64,000 bases of DNA from an uncultured Solirubrobacterales bacterium. GTDB lineage: Bacteria; Actinomycetota; Thermoleophilia; Solirubrobacterales; Solirubrobacteraceae. Of the stretch, positions 49,678 to 61,695 are shown piece after piece. Made by a program: the position numbers and the translations under genes. Position 1 is the first letter of the stretch. Each line of letters opens with the position of its first letter. The notes under the pieces are model-generated. The model was not told the DNA's origin and searched no databases. It worked only from the letters and a program-made list of their open reading frames with translations. The DNA lies in the NCBI GenBank assembly GCA_963706565.1, contig CAVPMQ010000003.1, positions 259,119-323,118 on the forward strand. The letters are read 5' to 3'.

Positions 49678-50697
49678 CTACCGGATCACCTTGTTCGCGC
49701 TGACCGCGTAGTGGGCGCGGTTATGGCTGAGGCTGATCGGGCGCCAATCGCGGGCAGCCCGGGCGCCACGTCCGCCGGGGCGATAGATCCGGTTGTGACT
49801 GATCACGAAGTTCTCGTCGGTGGCACCACCGACGTCGCCGGGCGAGACGTAGATCCCGGCGGTGCCCGAGTTCACGATCGTGTTGCCGGTCCAGCGGCTC
49901 GTCCCGGTCTGGGTGTCGTATTGAAACCAGGCGATCCCGAAGCGACCGTCGGCGATGTAGTTGTTGGTGACGACGCTGTTGCGATAGCGCACGGACACGC
50001 CGTTGTCGCGGAAGTGCACGATCCGGTTGCCGGTGACGATCGAGTCGGTGGCTTTCAAATAGACACCATGCTCGCCGTAGCCGAGCGAGCCGTCGAGGCC
50101 GGTCCGGGTGATCGTGTTACCGGCCACCAGGAAGTGGTCGCCCCGCAGCAGCATCCCGGAGTCGGCGGTACGGCTGATGCGGTTGGCGGCGAGCACCCAG
50201 TGCGATCCGACCGCGTTGATGGCGATCTTCACCGTGCCGGTCAGGTTCGCGAACGTGCAGTGGGTGACGACGATGTAGCTGCCGGCCCCGTTGATTCCCT
50301 GAAGTGGGCCGACGTGCAGGTTGTTGAACACCAGCCGGCTCTCGCCTTTGATCCAGATTCCCTTGGGCAGCACGGCCTGGCCACTGCCGTAGGAGCCGAA
50401 CGTAACCGGGGCGGCCTTGGCGCCCGAGACGTGCAGGCCCCAGCCGGGCATCAGGGTGTCGTCGCCGAAGCTTGACCCAGCCTTGAACAGCACGGTGTCG
50501 CCCGGCCTCAGGTGGGCCTTGTTGACGCGGAACATCGTCCGCCAGGGGTGACGCGGGCTGCGGCCGGCGCTGTGGTCAGAGCCGTGTGGCGCCACGTAGA
50601 AGGTCCGCGCCACCGCCGCCGGGACGGACGCCAGCGCCACCACCGCGACACTCGCCACGGCGATCCGAAGCGGAGCCCGGCAGATCCCCTTCAGCAC
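49678..50697 (-). CDS. Secreted right-handed parallel beta-helix protein
   Basis: Signal peptide, TFYVAPHGSD...PW, LRPGDTVLFK, repeated V.GN.I / HGVY coils; start uncertain. Confidence 0.78.
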   Translation of the reverse strand: MLKGICRAPLRIAVASVAVVALASVPAAVARTFYVAPHGSDHSAGRSPRHPWRTMFRVNKAHLRPGDTVLFKAGSSFGDDTLMPGWGLHVSGAKAAPVTFGSYGSGQAVLPKGIWIKGESRLVFNNLHVGPLQGINGAGSYIVVTHCTFANLTGTVKIAINAVGSHWVLAANRISRTADSGMLLRGDHFLVAGNTITRTGLDGSLGYGEHGVYLKATDSIVTGNRIVHFRDNGVSVRYRNSVVTNNYIADGRFGIAWFQYDTQTGTSRWTGNTIVNSGTAGIYVSPGDVGGATDENFVISHNRIYRPGGRGARAARDWRPISLSHNRAHYAVSANKVIR

Positions 50698-50863
50698 CAG
50701 GCAAGCCTTTCCGCCTGCGGGACCGCCGACGCGCCCGGTCACGCCTTTGCGCAGGATCGCGAGCGCGGATCTATAACGAATGAGGAATGCGCGGGAGACC
50801 CGGCCGAGGTCCCTCCCGCTCGCATTCATTTGGACGCTCCGAGTAGCTGGCTAGGCCTCCGCT

Positions 50864-51709
50864 CTACCAACCCGTCGGGTGACGAACGACGAACCCGCTC
50901 GAAGGCGAGGAGCGTCGCGTGGACCAGCGGTCGTTGCCGTTGGAGCTGCTCTGGGAGCCGGTGTCGAAGTACAGACCCGCGATCTGCATGTAGACGTGCC
51001 CACCGTTGGCCCAGATCGTGATCCAGCGTCCGGGGCCTGCGCCGCCGTAGCTCTCGAACGAACCCGAGACCATCGGGCTGGACAACAGGCCGCCGCCGTG
51101 GAGCGCGTAGCTCACCGATCCTGAGCAGTCATAGCCGCTGGCGTTCCAGCTGCCATGACCGCCGCCCCAGACGTACGGGGTGTGGGCGATCCGGTTTGCG
51201 GCGGCGATGATCGACTTGATCTGTGAGGGCGCGCTCGCCGGAGCGCTGACCAGGCCGTTGCTGTTGAGCCGGGCGCGACTGCCGGGCGCCGTCGATGTCG
51301 ACGGCGTGGCCTTGGCCACGATCGAACGCAGCTTGGCGTTCACCGCGAACGTCACCACGCCGTTGGCAGCCATGTGCTGCTGGCGCTGGAACCTGATCAC
51401 GTTGCGCTTGGTGCCGGTGCCGAACGAGCCGTCGATCGTGGTCGGAAATCCGGCGAGCGTCAGGTAGTCCTGCAGGACGCGAACGTCGTGTCCCTTCATC
51501 CCTGGGCGCAGCATGCGATCTCCGAGATGCTTGGAGTCGCCGATGTAGTGGTAGTTGTCCACGACGGCGCCGGCCGACGCCGAGGTGCCACCACTCAGTC
51601 CGCCACCGCCACTGGCGGCATTGGCCGAGGCGGCAAAGGCCAATGATGCGACTGCAGCGCAGAGTCCCGCAGAACGGACTACGCGTGCACGGTGCTGATA
51701 TGCCAACAC
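50864..51709 (-). CDS. Peptidoglycan-binding domain + NlpC/P60-like cell-wall hydrolase
   Basis: Signal peptide; LRPGMKGHDV..LQ..L...DGSFG..T...V..FQ PG-binding motif; PYVWGGGH, YDCSGSVS and GHVYM. Confidence 0.88.
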   Translation of the reverse strand: MLAYQHRARVVRSAGLCAAVASLAFAASANAASGGGGLSGGTSASAGAVVDNYHYIGDSKHLGDRMLRPGMKGHDVRVLQDYLTLAGFPTTIDGSFGTGTKRNVIRFQRQQHMAANGVVTFAVNAKLRSIVAKATPSTSTAPGSRARLNSNGLVSAPASAPSQIKSIIAAANRIAHTPYVWGGGHGSWNASGYDCSGSVSYALHGGGLLSSPMVSGSFESYGGAGPGRWITIWANGGHVYMQIAGLYFDTGSQSSSNGNDRWSTRRSSPSSGFVVRHPTGW

Positions 51710-51726
51710 TAACCCCTTCTCTTTCT

Positions 51727-51876
51727 CGCGCCTACGGGGTTAGCTGTCGGGCTCGCGCTGAAAGAGTTGCGCTACGCCGGATGTCCGGCGATTCGCCCCC
51801 GGAGCCTTTGGGGGGGAAGGCTCCCATGGGTTCCCCGTTCCCTGGTTCGCATGGCGGCCAGGGACTCGGCTGGGTC
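51727..51876 (-). ncRNA. c-di-AMP (ydaO/yuaA) riboswitch
   Basis: Minus strand reads CAGCCGAGTCCC...GGGGAACCCA...GGGGCGAATC...GTAG...GAGCCCGACAGCTAACCCCGTAGGC, upstream of the NlpC/P60 gene. Confidence 0.92.
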
Positions 51877-51955
51877 TTTTCTCGCGCGGCAATCTATCGG
51901 AACTCGGCGACGGATGCCACCCGGTACCCATAACGCCCTTCGCTACGCTCGGCGA

Positions 51956-52282
51956 ATGGACTCCGAATACACGCCGCGAGAGGTCGCGGGGCTGCTCGAG
52001 GAGGGCGGGATCCAGCTGATCGACGTACGCGAGCGCTACGAGCACGAGGCCGGAAGAATCGCCGGGGGACGGCTGATTGGGCTCACCGAGCTCGCCGCCG
52101 CCGCGGAGACGATCGATCGCGAACGGCCGGTCGTGTTCTACTGCCGCAGCGGCAGCCGCTCCGCGATGGCCACCGAGGCGTTTCGCGGCGCTGGTTATGA
52201 CGCCCACAACATGGCAGGCGGATTGCAAGATTGGGCCGCGGAAGGACTACCGCTGGAGCCCGTCGACGGCCACGTGGCCTGA
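51956..52282 (+). CDS. Rhodanese-like domain protein
   Basis: LIDVRE..E...GRI.G, YCRSGSRS and GG...W...GLP motifs. Confidence 0.9.
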   Translation: MDSEYTPREVAGLLEEGGIQLIDVRERYEHEAGRIAGGRLIGLTELAAAAETIDRERPVVFYCRSGSRSAMATEAFRGAGYDAHNMAGGLQDWAAEGLPLEPVDGHVA

Positions 52283-52320
52283 ACGGCGCCGCGCGCCGAG
52301 CCGCCTGACCAGGCGGCCGC

Positions 52321-52845
52321 CTACTGCTTCCACTTGATCGAACAGCCCACGGGCTTGGTCTCGGCTGTACCGGGCTGCTCGCCGCCGAGCACGGCATCGA
52401 GCGCATCGCGCAGCCACGCCGCCCGCTGGCTCGGGTCCTCGTAATCGGAGTCGGGCGCGCCCCGATAGGCCAGGCGACCCTCGCCGTCGACCACGAACAC
52501 GTCGGGCGTGGTCTTCGCGCCGTAGGCACGGGCCACGTCCTGGGTCTCGTCGTACAGGTAGGGCATTGGCCAGTCCTCGGAGGCCACGCGCTGTTGCATC
52601 GCCTCGTAGGAATCGCGCGGATAGCGCTCCGCGTCGTTGGAGCTGATCGCCAGGAAGCGCACGCCGCGGTCGGAGTAGTCGCGGGCGGCGTCGGCGATGC
52701 GGTCGTGCCAGGCCAGCGCGTACGGGCAGTGGTTGCAGGTGAACACCACGACGGTCGGGCCGCCGCCGTCGGCAGACGACCAGGTCGTGCCGTCGGTGTC
52801 GGGCAGGTCGAACTTCGGCGCGTTGTCTCCGATCGCAATCGTCAT
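52321..52845 (-). CDS. Thioredoxin-fold redoxin (AhpC/TSA-like)
   Basis: FTCNHCPY, ISSND...YP.DS, TPDVF and GCSIKWK motifs. Confidence 0.9.
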   Translation of the reverse strand: MTIAIGDNAPKFDLPDTDGTTWSSADGGGPTVVVFTCNHCPYALAWHDRIADAARDYSDRGVRFLAISSNDAERYPRDSYEAMQQRVASEDWPMPYLYDETQDVARAYGAKTTPDVFVVDGEGRLAYRGAPDSDYEDPSQRAAWLRDALDAVLGGEQPGTAETKPVGCSIKWKQ

Positions 52846-52849
52846 CTCG

Positions 52850-53185
52850 TCACCTCTCGCTTCGGGCGGCTCGCCGCAGCGCGTCGCGCAGATCTTCGGG
52901 GTCCGGGGTCGGGCTGATGCGGCCGTCGCGACGGCGGTAGATGCGGCAGCCGAGCCCGATCTGGTCGTCGGGGGACGCGCCCGCGATATCGACGCCGTCG
53001 ACCAGGATCGTCGGCGAGCCGCGGAAGCCCGCCTCGCCGGCCTCGTCGTCGGTCTCGATCTCCCGGGTGCGGATCTCGGTCCGATCCAAGCCGACGTCGC
53101 CGAGGGCCTCCCGCAGCTCGGTGAGCGCCCGCTCCGTCGACGGGCAGCCCTCCCACCACAGCAGCTCGAGATCGGGGGCCCGCAT
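52850..53185 (-). CDS. Small thioredoxin-like protein (GCP...GSPT...CRIY family)
   Basis: LLWWEGCPS, FRGSPTILVDG.D and CRIY motifs. Confidence 0.75.
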   Translation of the reverse strand: MRAPDLELLWWEGCPSTERALTELREALGDVGLDRTEIRTREIETDDEAGEAGFRGSPTILVDGVDIAGASPDDQIGLGCRIYRRRDGRISPTPDPEDLRDALRRAARSER

Positions 53186-53242
53186 ACCCCTCAGGGTACT
53201 TCGGGGGTCGGGATCATCGGCTGGAGGCGGGCGAGCCGCCGG

Positions 53243-54267
<1,025 letters not shown>

Positions 54268-54271
<4 letters not shown>

Positions 54272-56103
54272 TGGCGCTCCTCGATCTCGCGCTCGATCTC
54301 CGACGCGTACAACGGCAGCCCCTGCACCTTGGTGAACGACTCGACGTCGACCAGGTAGCGGGCGCGCAGGATCTGCGCCAGCTGGCCCGAGTTCAGCTCC
54401 GGCACGAGCACCCGGTCAAATGACCGCAGCACATCCCCGGTGTTCTCGGGAAGCGGGTTGAGGTGGCGCAGCTGCGCGGACGCGACCTTGTGGCCCCCCA
54501 GCCGAGCCCGGCGTACCCCGGCGCGGATCGCGCCCTCGCTCGAGCCCCAGCCGAGCACCAGCAGCGTCGCTCCCGGCTCGGAGTCGACAACCAGCGGCGG
54601 AACCTCGATCCCAGCGACCTTGGCCGCACGCAGGTCGGTCATCCGCTGGTGGTTAGCGCCGTCATAGGAGATGTTGCCCGACCCGTCGGTCTTCTCCAGA
54701 CCGCCGATCCGGTGCTGAAGCCCAGGGGTGCCGGGGATCGCCCACGGTCGCGCGTGGTCCTCGTCGCGGCTGTAGGGCAGGAAATCGTCGGCGGCGTGCG
54801 CATCGGCGGTCGCGAAGCCCGGGTCGATCGCCGGCAGGTCGCCGACCGACGGCACCATCCACGGCTCAGACGAGGAAGCCAGGAACGTGTCTGAGAGCAG
54901 GATCACCGGCGTCCGGTAGCGGATCGCGATCGATGCCGCCTCGAACGCCGCGTCGAAGCAGTTGCCGGGCGTGCTCGGCGCGATCACCGGCAGCGGCGAC
55001 TCGCCGTGGCGACCGTACAGCGCCATCAGCAGGTCGGACTGCTCGGTCTTGGTCGGCATCCCGGTCGATGGTCCGGCGCGCTGGACGTCGACGATCAGCA
55101 TCGGCAGCTCGAGCATCACCGCCAACCCGATCGTCTCGGCCTTCAAGTCCATGCCGGGGCCGCTGGTCGCGGTCACCCCCAGCCGGCCGCCGAACGCGGC
55201 GCCCAGCGCCATCCCGGCGGCCGCGATCTCGTCCTCGGCCTGAATCGTGCGCACCCCGAACTCGGCGTGGCGCGAGAGCTCATGCAGCAGCTCCGATGCC
55301 GGGGTGATCGGGTAGCTGGCCAGCAGCAGCGGCAGCTTGCTGCGGACGCTCGCGGCGATCAGCCCGAGCGACAACGCGGTGGTGCCGTTGACGTTGCGGT
55401 AGGTGCCGGGGGTGACGTCGGTGGCCCGGTTGACCCGGTACTGGACGTCAAGCAGCTCGGTCGTCTCGCCGAACGACCAGCCGGCGTTGAACGCGGCGAG
55501 GTTGGCCTGGGCGACCGCGGGCCGGCTGGAGAACTTCTGCTCGATCCACTTCTGGGTGACGTCGGTGGGCCGGCCATACAGCCACGACAGCACGCCGAGG
55601 GCGAACAGGTTCTTGGCGCGGCCGGCGTCGCGCGTGGACGCCTCATCGATCCCTTCGACCGCCTTCGTGGTCAGCGTCGTCATCGGGATCCGGTGCACGC
55701 GGTAGGCCGACAGCGACCCGTCCTCGAGCGGGTTCTCGGCGTAACCCGCCTTCTCCAGGTTGCGCTTGGAGAACGCGTCCTCGTTGACGATGATCGTCGC
55801 GCCACGCTCGAGCTCGGGCAGGTTCGCCTTCAGCGCCGCGGGATTCATCGCCACCAGCACGTTCGGGGCGTCGCCGGGGGTCAGGATGTCGCGCGAGGCG
55901 AAGTGGATCTGGAAGGCCGAGACGCCGGCCAGGGTGCCCGCCGGTGCCCGGATCTCGGCGGGGAAGTTCGGAAGCGTCGCGAGGTCGTTGCCGAGCACCG
56001 CGGTCGCGTCGGTGAACCGGCTCCCGGCAAGCTGCATCCCGTCGCCGGAGTCCCCCGCGAAGCGGACCACTACCCGCTCGCGCTCCTCGATTGCCTTGCT
56101 CAT
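54268..56103 (-). CDS. korA: 2-oxoacid:ferredoxin oxidoreductase alpha subunit
   Basis: FAGDSGDGMQL, YPITPAS, QAEDEIAA, TSGPG and QRAGPSTGMPTK motifs. Confidence 0.93.
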
Positions 56104-56179
56104 GTGGTCCGTGGCAGTTGCGCCTGGCTCACCTGGAGATCAATTGTAAAGAGGTTCGGGGACGGGCACTTATCCGAGG

Positions 56180-56816
56180 TCAGTTGCGTGCATCGCTGCT
56201 GTCGACGTTCCAGTAGCGGACCACCTCGGCACGCCGTCCGTCGCCGGTCGGGGCCGGGCTCAGCCCGAACCGGGCGATCGTGCGCTGGCCGCCCTCATAG
56301 TCGCCGTAGAGCACGTCGACCAGGACCCGCTCCCCCGCGCTCTCGGCCGCCCGCAGCAACTCGTGATAGGGGTCGCCGCGGTCGCGCACCGCCCCCTGCC
56401 AGAAGCCGGTGTCGCCGGCTGGGATGTACAGGTCGCGCTGCTGGCGGCGGAAGTCGTGCGAGCGGCGGCGCCTCGTTGCCGGTCCGCTCGGTCACCTGGG
56501 CGCGCCAGCCGTGGATGATCGCCAGCCCGCTACCGCCGTTGCGCAGCGCCATCGCCATGTACACCCTGTCGCTGTGGACCTCGAGCGCCCCAGCATGGCC
56601 ACCGACGCGCAGCGTGACCGCGTCGCCGAACCGGACGGACTCCTCGGGGTCGTCGTCGCGGGACGGGACCAGCACCGGCCGCAGGCCGGCCAGCAGCGTG
56701 CGCTCCGCGACGCGCGCGGAGCGGTTCGCACTCTTGACCGCGCTGAACGTCGCGACCGCGAGCACCAGCGTGCCGCCGGCCGTAGCCAGCGCCGAGATCG
56801 TGACCCAATCCGCCAT
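56180..56816 (-). CDS. Hypothetical membrane-anchored protein (frameshift near 56460)
   Basis: N-terminal TM (ATAGGTLVLAVATF); the C-terminal part continues in ORF 56180..56389. Confidence 0.55.
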
Positions 56817-56950
56817 CGACGCGATCCTAGCCAGCCGTTTGGCGCCACCAAGCCGCCCCGGATCTCAGCCCGTGACGATGCGTTGGCCACCCGTTGCGCG
56901 GGACGCCGTCGCGGTGTTGTCAGCCGGGGCCTTGACGCCCCGGCGAGGAC

Positions 56951-57154
56951 CTAGAGCTTTTCGACGTTGATCGCCTTCGGGCCCTTCGGTCCGGCTTCCT
57001 CCTCGTAGGACACCTTGGCGCCCTCCGCGAGTGAGCGGTAGCCGTCGACGTTGATGTTCGAGTGGTGGACGAATAGGTCCCGGCTGCCCTCATCGGGCGT
57101 GATGAAGCCGAACCCCTTCTCGTCGCTGAACCACTTGACTGTTCCGGTTGGCAT
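56951..57154 (-). CDS. cspA: Cold-shock protein (CspA family)
   Basis: [15 protein letters not shown] and DLFVHHS motifs; GGAGGAG RBS. Confidence 0.93.
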   Translation of the reverse strand: MPTGTVKWFSDEKGFGFITPDEGSRDLFVHHSNINVDGYRSLAEGAKVSYEEEAGPKGPKAINVEKL

Positions 57155-57333
57155 CTGGAGAACTCCTCCGTAGCGTGCTGTGCTGCTGGCGGAGAATCTG
57201 TTCTCACGTACCCCGCGGGCCTGCACCAGCTGTCACCGCCCGACCTTTCGAACGGCCTTACGGCGGGGAAGGTATCACGGGGGTCCGGCGTCAGGAAGCT
57301 TGGTTCGCGGGGCCTAGTCTGCATGCTTACCCC

Positions 57334-57747
57334 ATGGAAGACCCGATGCCACTTGGCCGCGGCGCCTCGATCCCACTGCGCGAGATCGAGCTCCGAGCGT
57401 CCCGTTCGTCGGGTCCCGGAGGCCAGCACGCGAACGTCACCGCCTCGCGGATCGAGGCGGTGTTCGACGTCGAGGAGTCGGGGTCGCTGAGCGATGAGCA
57501 GAAGCGCCGCGTGATCGCCCGGCTGGGCCCGCGAGTGGTTGCGGTAGCCCAGGACGAGCGCAGCCAGGCTCGCAACCGCGAGCTCGCGCTCGAGCGGCTG
57601 CAGGGCCGTCTCACCGCCGCGCTGGCCGTGCCGCGCCCGCGTCGCGCCACCCGCCCGACCGCCGCCTCCGAGCAGCGTCGCCTGGACGACAAGCGCCGCC
57701 AGGCCGCCCGCAAGCGCGACCGGCGGGCCCCGGGGAACGACGACTAG
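57334..57747 (+). CDS. arfB: Alternative ribosome rescue peptidyl-tRNA hydrolase ArfB
   Basis: RSSGPGGQHAN (GGQ), RSQARNR and basic tail RRATRPT...K. Confidence 0.92.
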   Translation: MEDPMPLGRGASIPLREIELRASRSSGPGGQHANVTASRIEAVFDVEESGSLSDEQKRRVIARLGPRVVAVAQDERSQARNRELALERLQGRLTAALAVPRPRRATRPTAASEQRRLDDKRRQAARKRDRRAPGNDD

Positions 57748-57948
57748 GAAACCGGGCGGCCGGTGGACCCGGCGCTGGACGGGGCCGGCGGACCGGGGAC
57801 CGCGGCTGGATCACCGCCGGGTCGCGAGAGGCGTGCATAACGCGACAAACTCGACGCGCGAACGCGCGGTGAACAGCCTCTACGCGCGTGCGCGCGTGAG
57901 ACCAACCGCACACAGGGCCCGCCCGACCCCCGCACTACCCTCAAATGC

Positions 57949-58323
57949 ATGCGCTGGTTGGTCGATGGCATGAACGTGATCGGGACCCGACCGGATGCCT
58001 GGTGGAAGGACCGCGACGCGGCGATGCTCCGGCTCGTCGACCAGCTCGAGCGGTGGGCCGTCGACGACGGCGAGGATGTGACGGTCGTGTTCGAGCGGCC
58101 GCCGTCGCCGCCGATCCGCTCGACCGTGATCGACGTCGCCCACGCCCCCAAGCCCAAGCGCAACGCGGCCGACGACGAGATCGTCCGCCGCCTGCGCGCC
58201 GACCCCAACCCCGGCGCCGTGCGCGTCGTCACCTCCGATCGCTGGCTCGCCGACCGCGTCTATGCGGCCGGCGCGAGCGTCGAGGGCGCCAACTCGTTCC
58301 GCACTCGACTGGAGACGATCTGA
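57949..58323 (+). CDS. NYN/YacP-like PIN-fold protein
   Basis: [20 protein letters not shown] and VVTSDR motifs. Confidence 0.82.
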   Translation: MRWLVDGMNVIGTRPDAWWKDRDAAMLRLVDQLERWAVDDGEDVTVVFERPPSPPIRSTVIDVAHAPKPKRNAADDEIVRRLRADPNPGAVRVVTSDRWLADRVYAAGASVEGANSFRTRLETI

Positions 58324-58379
58324 GCGCCGATGCCGCAGGTCTTCCGAGGCACTTATGCGTGCTTGCCACAATCAGTGAT

Positions 58380-60410
<2,031 letters not shown>

Positions 60411-60418
60411 CGAACGAA

Positions 60419-60802
60419 CTACAGCGGCTGGCGCCCGGCGAAACCCGCATCGGGCGCGTGCCAGTAGCCGATCTCCTCCTCGTCGAGCAGCCAGCACAGG
60501 TAGATCTCCTCGCCGTCGCGCAGCGCGGGGAAGTCGATCAGGCCGCGGTCGACGTCGCGCACGACCACGTCGACGGCCTCGAGCTCGGAGAACGCGCGGC
60601 TGAGCTCGACCAGCGCCGTCGCCACCTCGCGGCCGGGGTAGGTGCCGCCCGCGCCGGGGTCCAGGCACGCCAATCCCTCGCGTACGCGGCCGCCGAGCCT
60701 GACCAGCTCGACCTGTGCCTCGCGGATCCAGCGAACCCGGTCGGCGACCCAGCCGCGAACCGCGCTGGCCTGCTCGAGCGTGTAGTGGCGCTGGTGGCGC
60801 AT
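60419..60802 (-). CDS. DUF2203 domain protein
   Basis: YTLEQA, RDVDRGLIDFP...GEEIYLCW...E..I.YWH..DAGFAGRQPL. Confidence 0.85.
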   Translation of the reverse strand: MRHQRHYTLEQASAVRGWVADRVRWIREAQVELVRLGGRVREGLACLDPGAGGTYPGREVATALVELSRAFSELEAVDVVVRDVDRGLIDFPALRDGEEIYLCWLLDEEEIGYWHAPDAGFAGRQPL

Positions 60803-60838
60803 TCCCCGGGTGTCGCCGGCTTGCCTGGGCCGAGAGGG

Positions 60839-61141
60839 CTAGTCTCCCAGCCGGGTCATCCGTGCCAGCGCCTGGTGGCATTCCACGACGCGCTGCTTGA
60901 CGGGGTCATCGTCTTCGCGGTCGTGCACCAGATCCCAGGTGCGGTCGGCTACATCTCGGGCGTTCTCGGGCGTCGCGGTCTCCCACAGCCGGTCGACCAG
61001 CTTGAGCTCGAAGCTCTGAATCTGGTCGGCCGGATCGCCGGGCGCAAGCTTGGGCAGCGGCTCTCCGGTCGCCTCTCGCCACATCCCGGTGGCGACGAGC
61101 AGACGGTTTCGCAACGTGATCTGATCCATCCCGGCCATCAT
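60839..61141 (-). CDS. Hypothetical protein
   Basis: 100-aa ORF (MDQITLRNRLLVATGMW...) with typical codon usage. Confidence 0.65.
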   Translation of the reverse strand: MMAGMDQITLRNRLLVATGMWREATGEPLPKLAPGDPADQIQSFELKLVDRLWETATPENARDVADRTWDLVHDREDDDPVKQRVVECHQALARMTRLGD

Positions 61142-61188
61142 CCTAGACAGGCCGGTAGCCGGGAGCCAAGCGGGTACTGATTTACCCG

Positions 61189-61692
61189 CTATTGCCCAAG
61201 CTTCTCGTGAATCTCCGACACGATTGACGTGAACTTCGAGCTCGCGTCGGTGGTGGCCGACACCAGCATGTCTCCCGCTCGCAGCGCGCCGTCAGGGGCG
61301 ACCGCCTCGCGCGCGGCCTGGGTCAGCCGCACCCGGTAAGCCCGCACGAGCGACACCAGGCGCGCGTGCTCTCCGGCGACCGCGTCGGGAGGTCTGATCG
61401 CCGCCAGGTCATCGCCGAGGCGGCCGATCGCCGACCCCAGCAACCCGATCGAGCGCGCCAGCTGCGCCGGGGTGCGAGGACGGCTGGGGATCGCGCGCTC
61501 GGCGACCGCGAGCCGATTCTGCTCGCGCCGCAGCGACGCCAGGTAGGCCGCCGGGTCGGTCGCGTCCGAGCCGGTTGTAGCGGTCGTCGACTTGGAGTCG
61601 TCGCGGAGCGACGAGGTCCCGTGGCAGCCGGCCACCCCGGCGCCGATCACCGTAACCGCGATCAGACTCAGTACGTGCGCGCGAGCGGGCAT
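61189..61692 (-). CDS. Hypothetical lipoprotein
   Basis: VAGC lipobox; helical body. Confidence 0.6.
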   Translation of the reverse strand: MPARAHVLSLIAVTVIGAGVAGCHGTSSLRDDSKSTTATTGSDATDPAAYLASLRREQNRLAVAERAIPSRPRTPAQLARSIGLLGSAIGRLGDDLAAIRPPDAVAGEHARLVSLVRAYRVRLTQAAREAVAPDGALRAGDMLVSATTDASSKFTSIVSEIHEKLGQ

Positions 61693-61695
61693 GCC

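Noticed and set aside
52850-53185. Possible selenoprotein
   Set aside because: Both redox positions are TGC (Cys); there is no in-frame TGA.
57748-57940. GC-rich spacer between arfB and the NYN gene as an ncRNA or repeat
   Set aside because: Only loose GGAC/CGCG iterations; I could not support a consistent stem or family motif.
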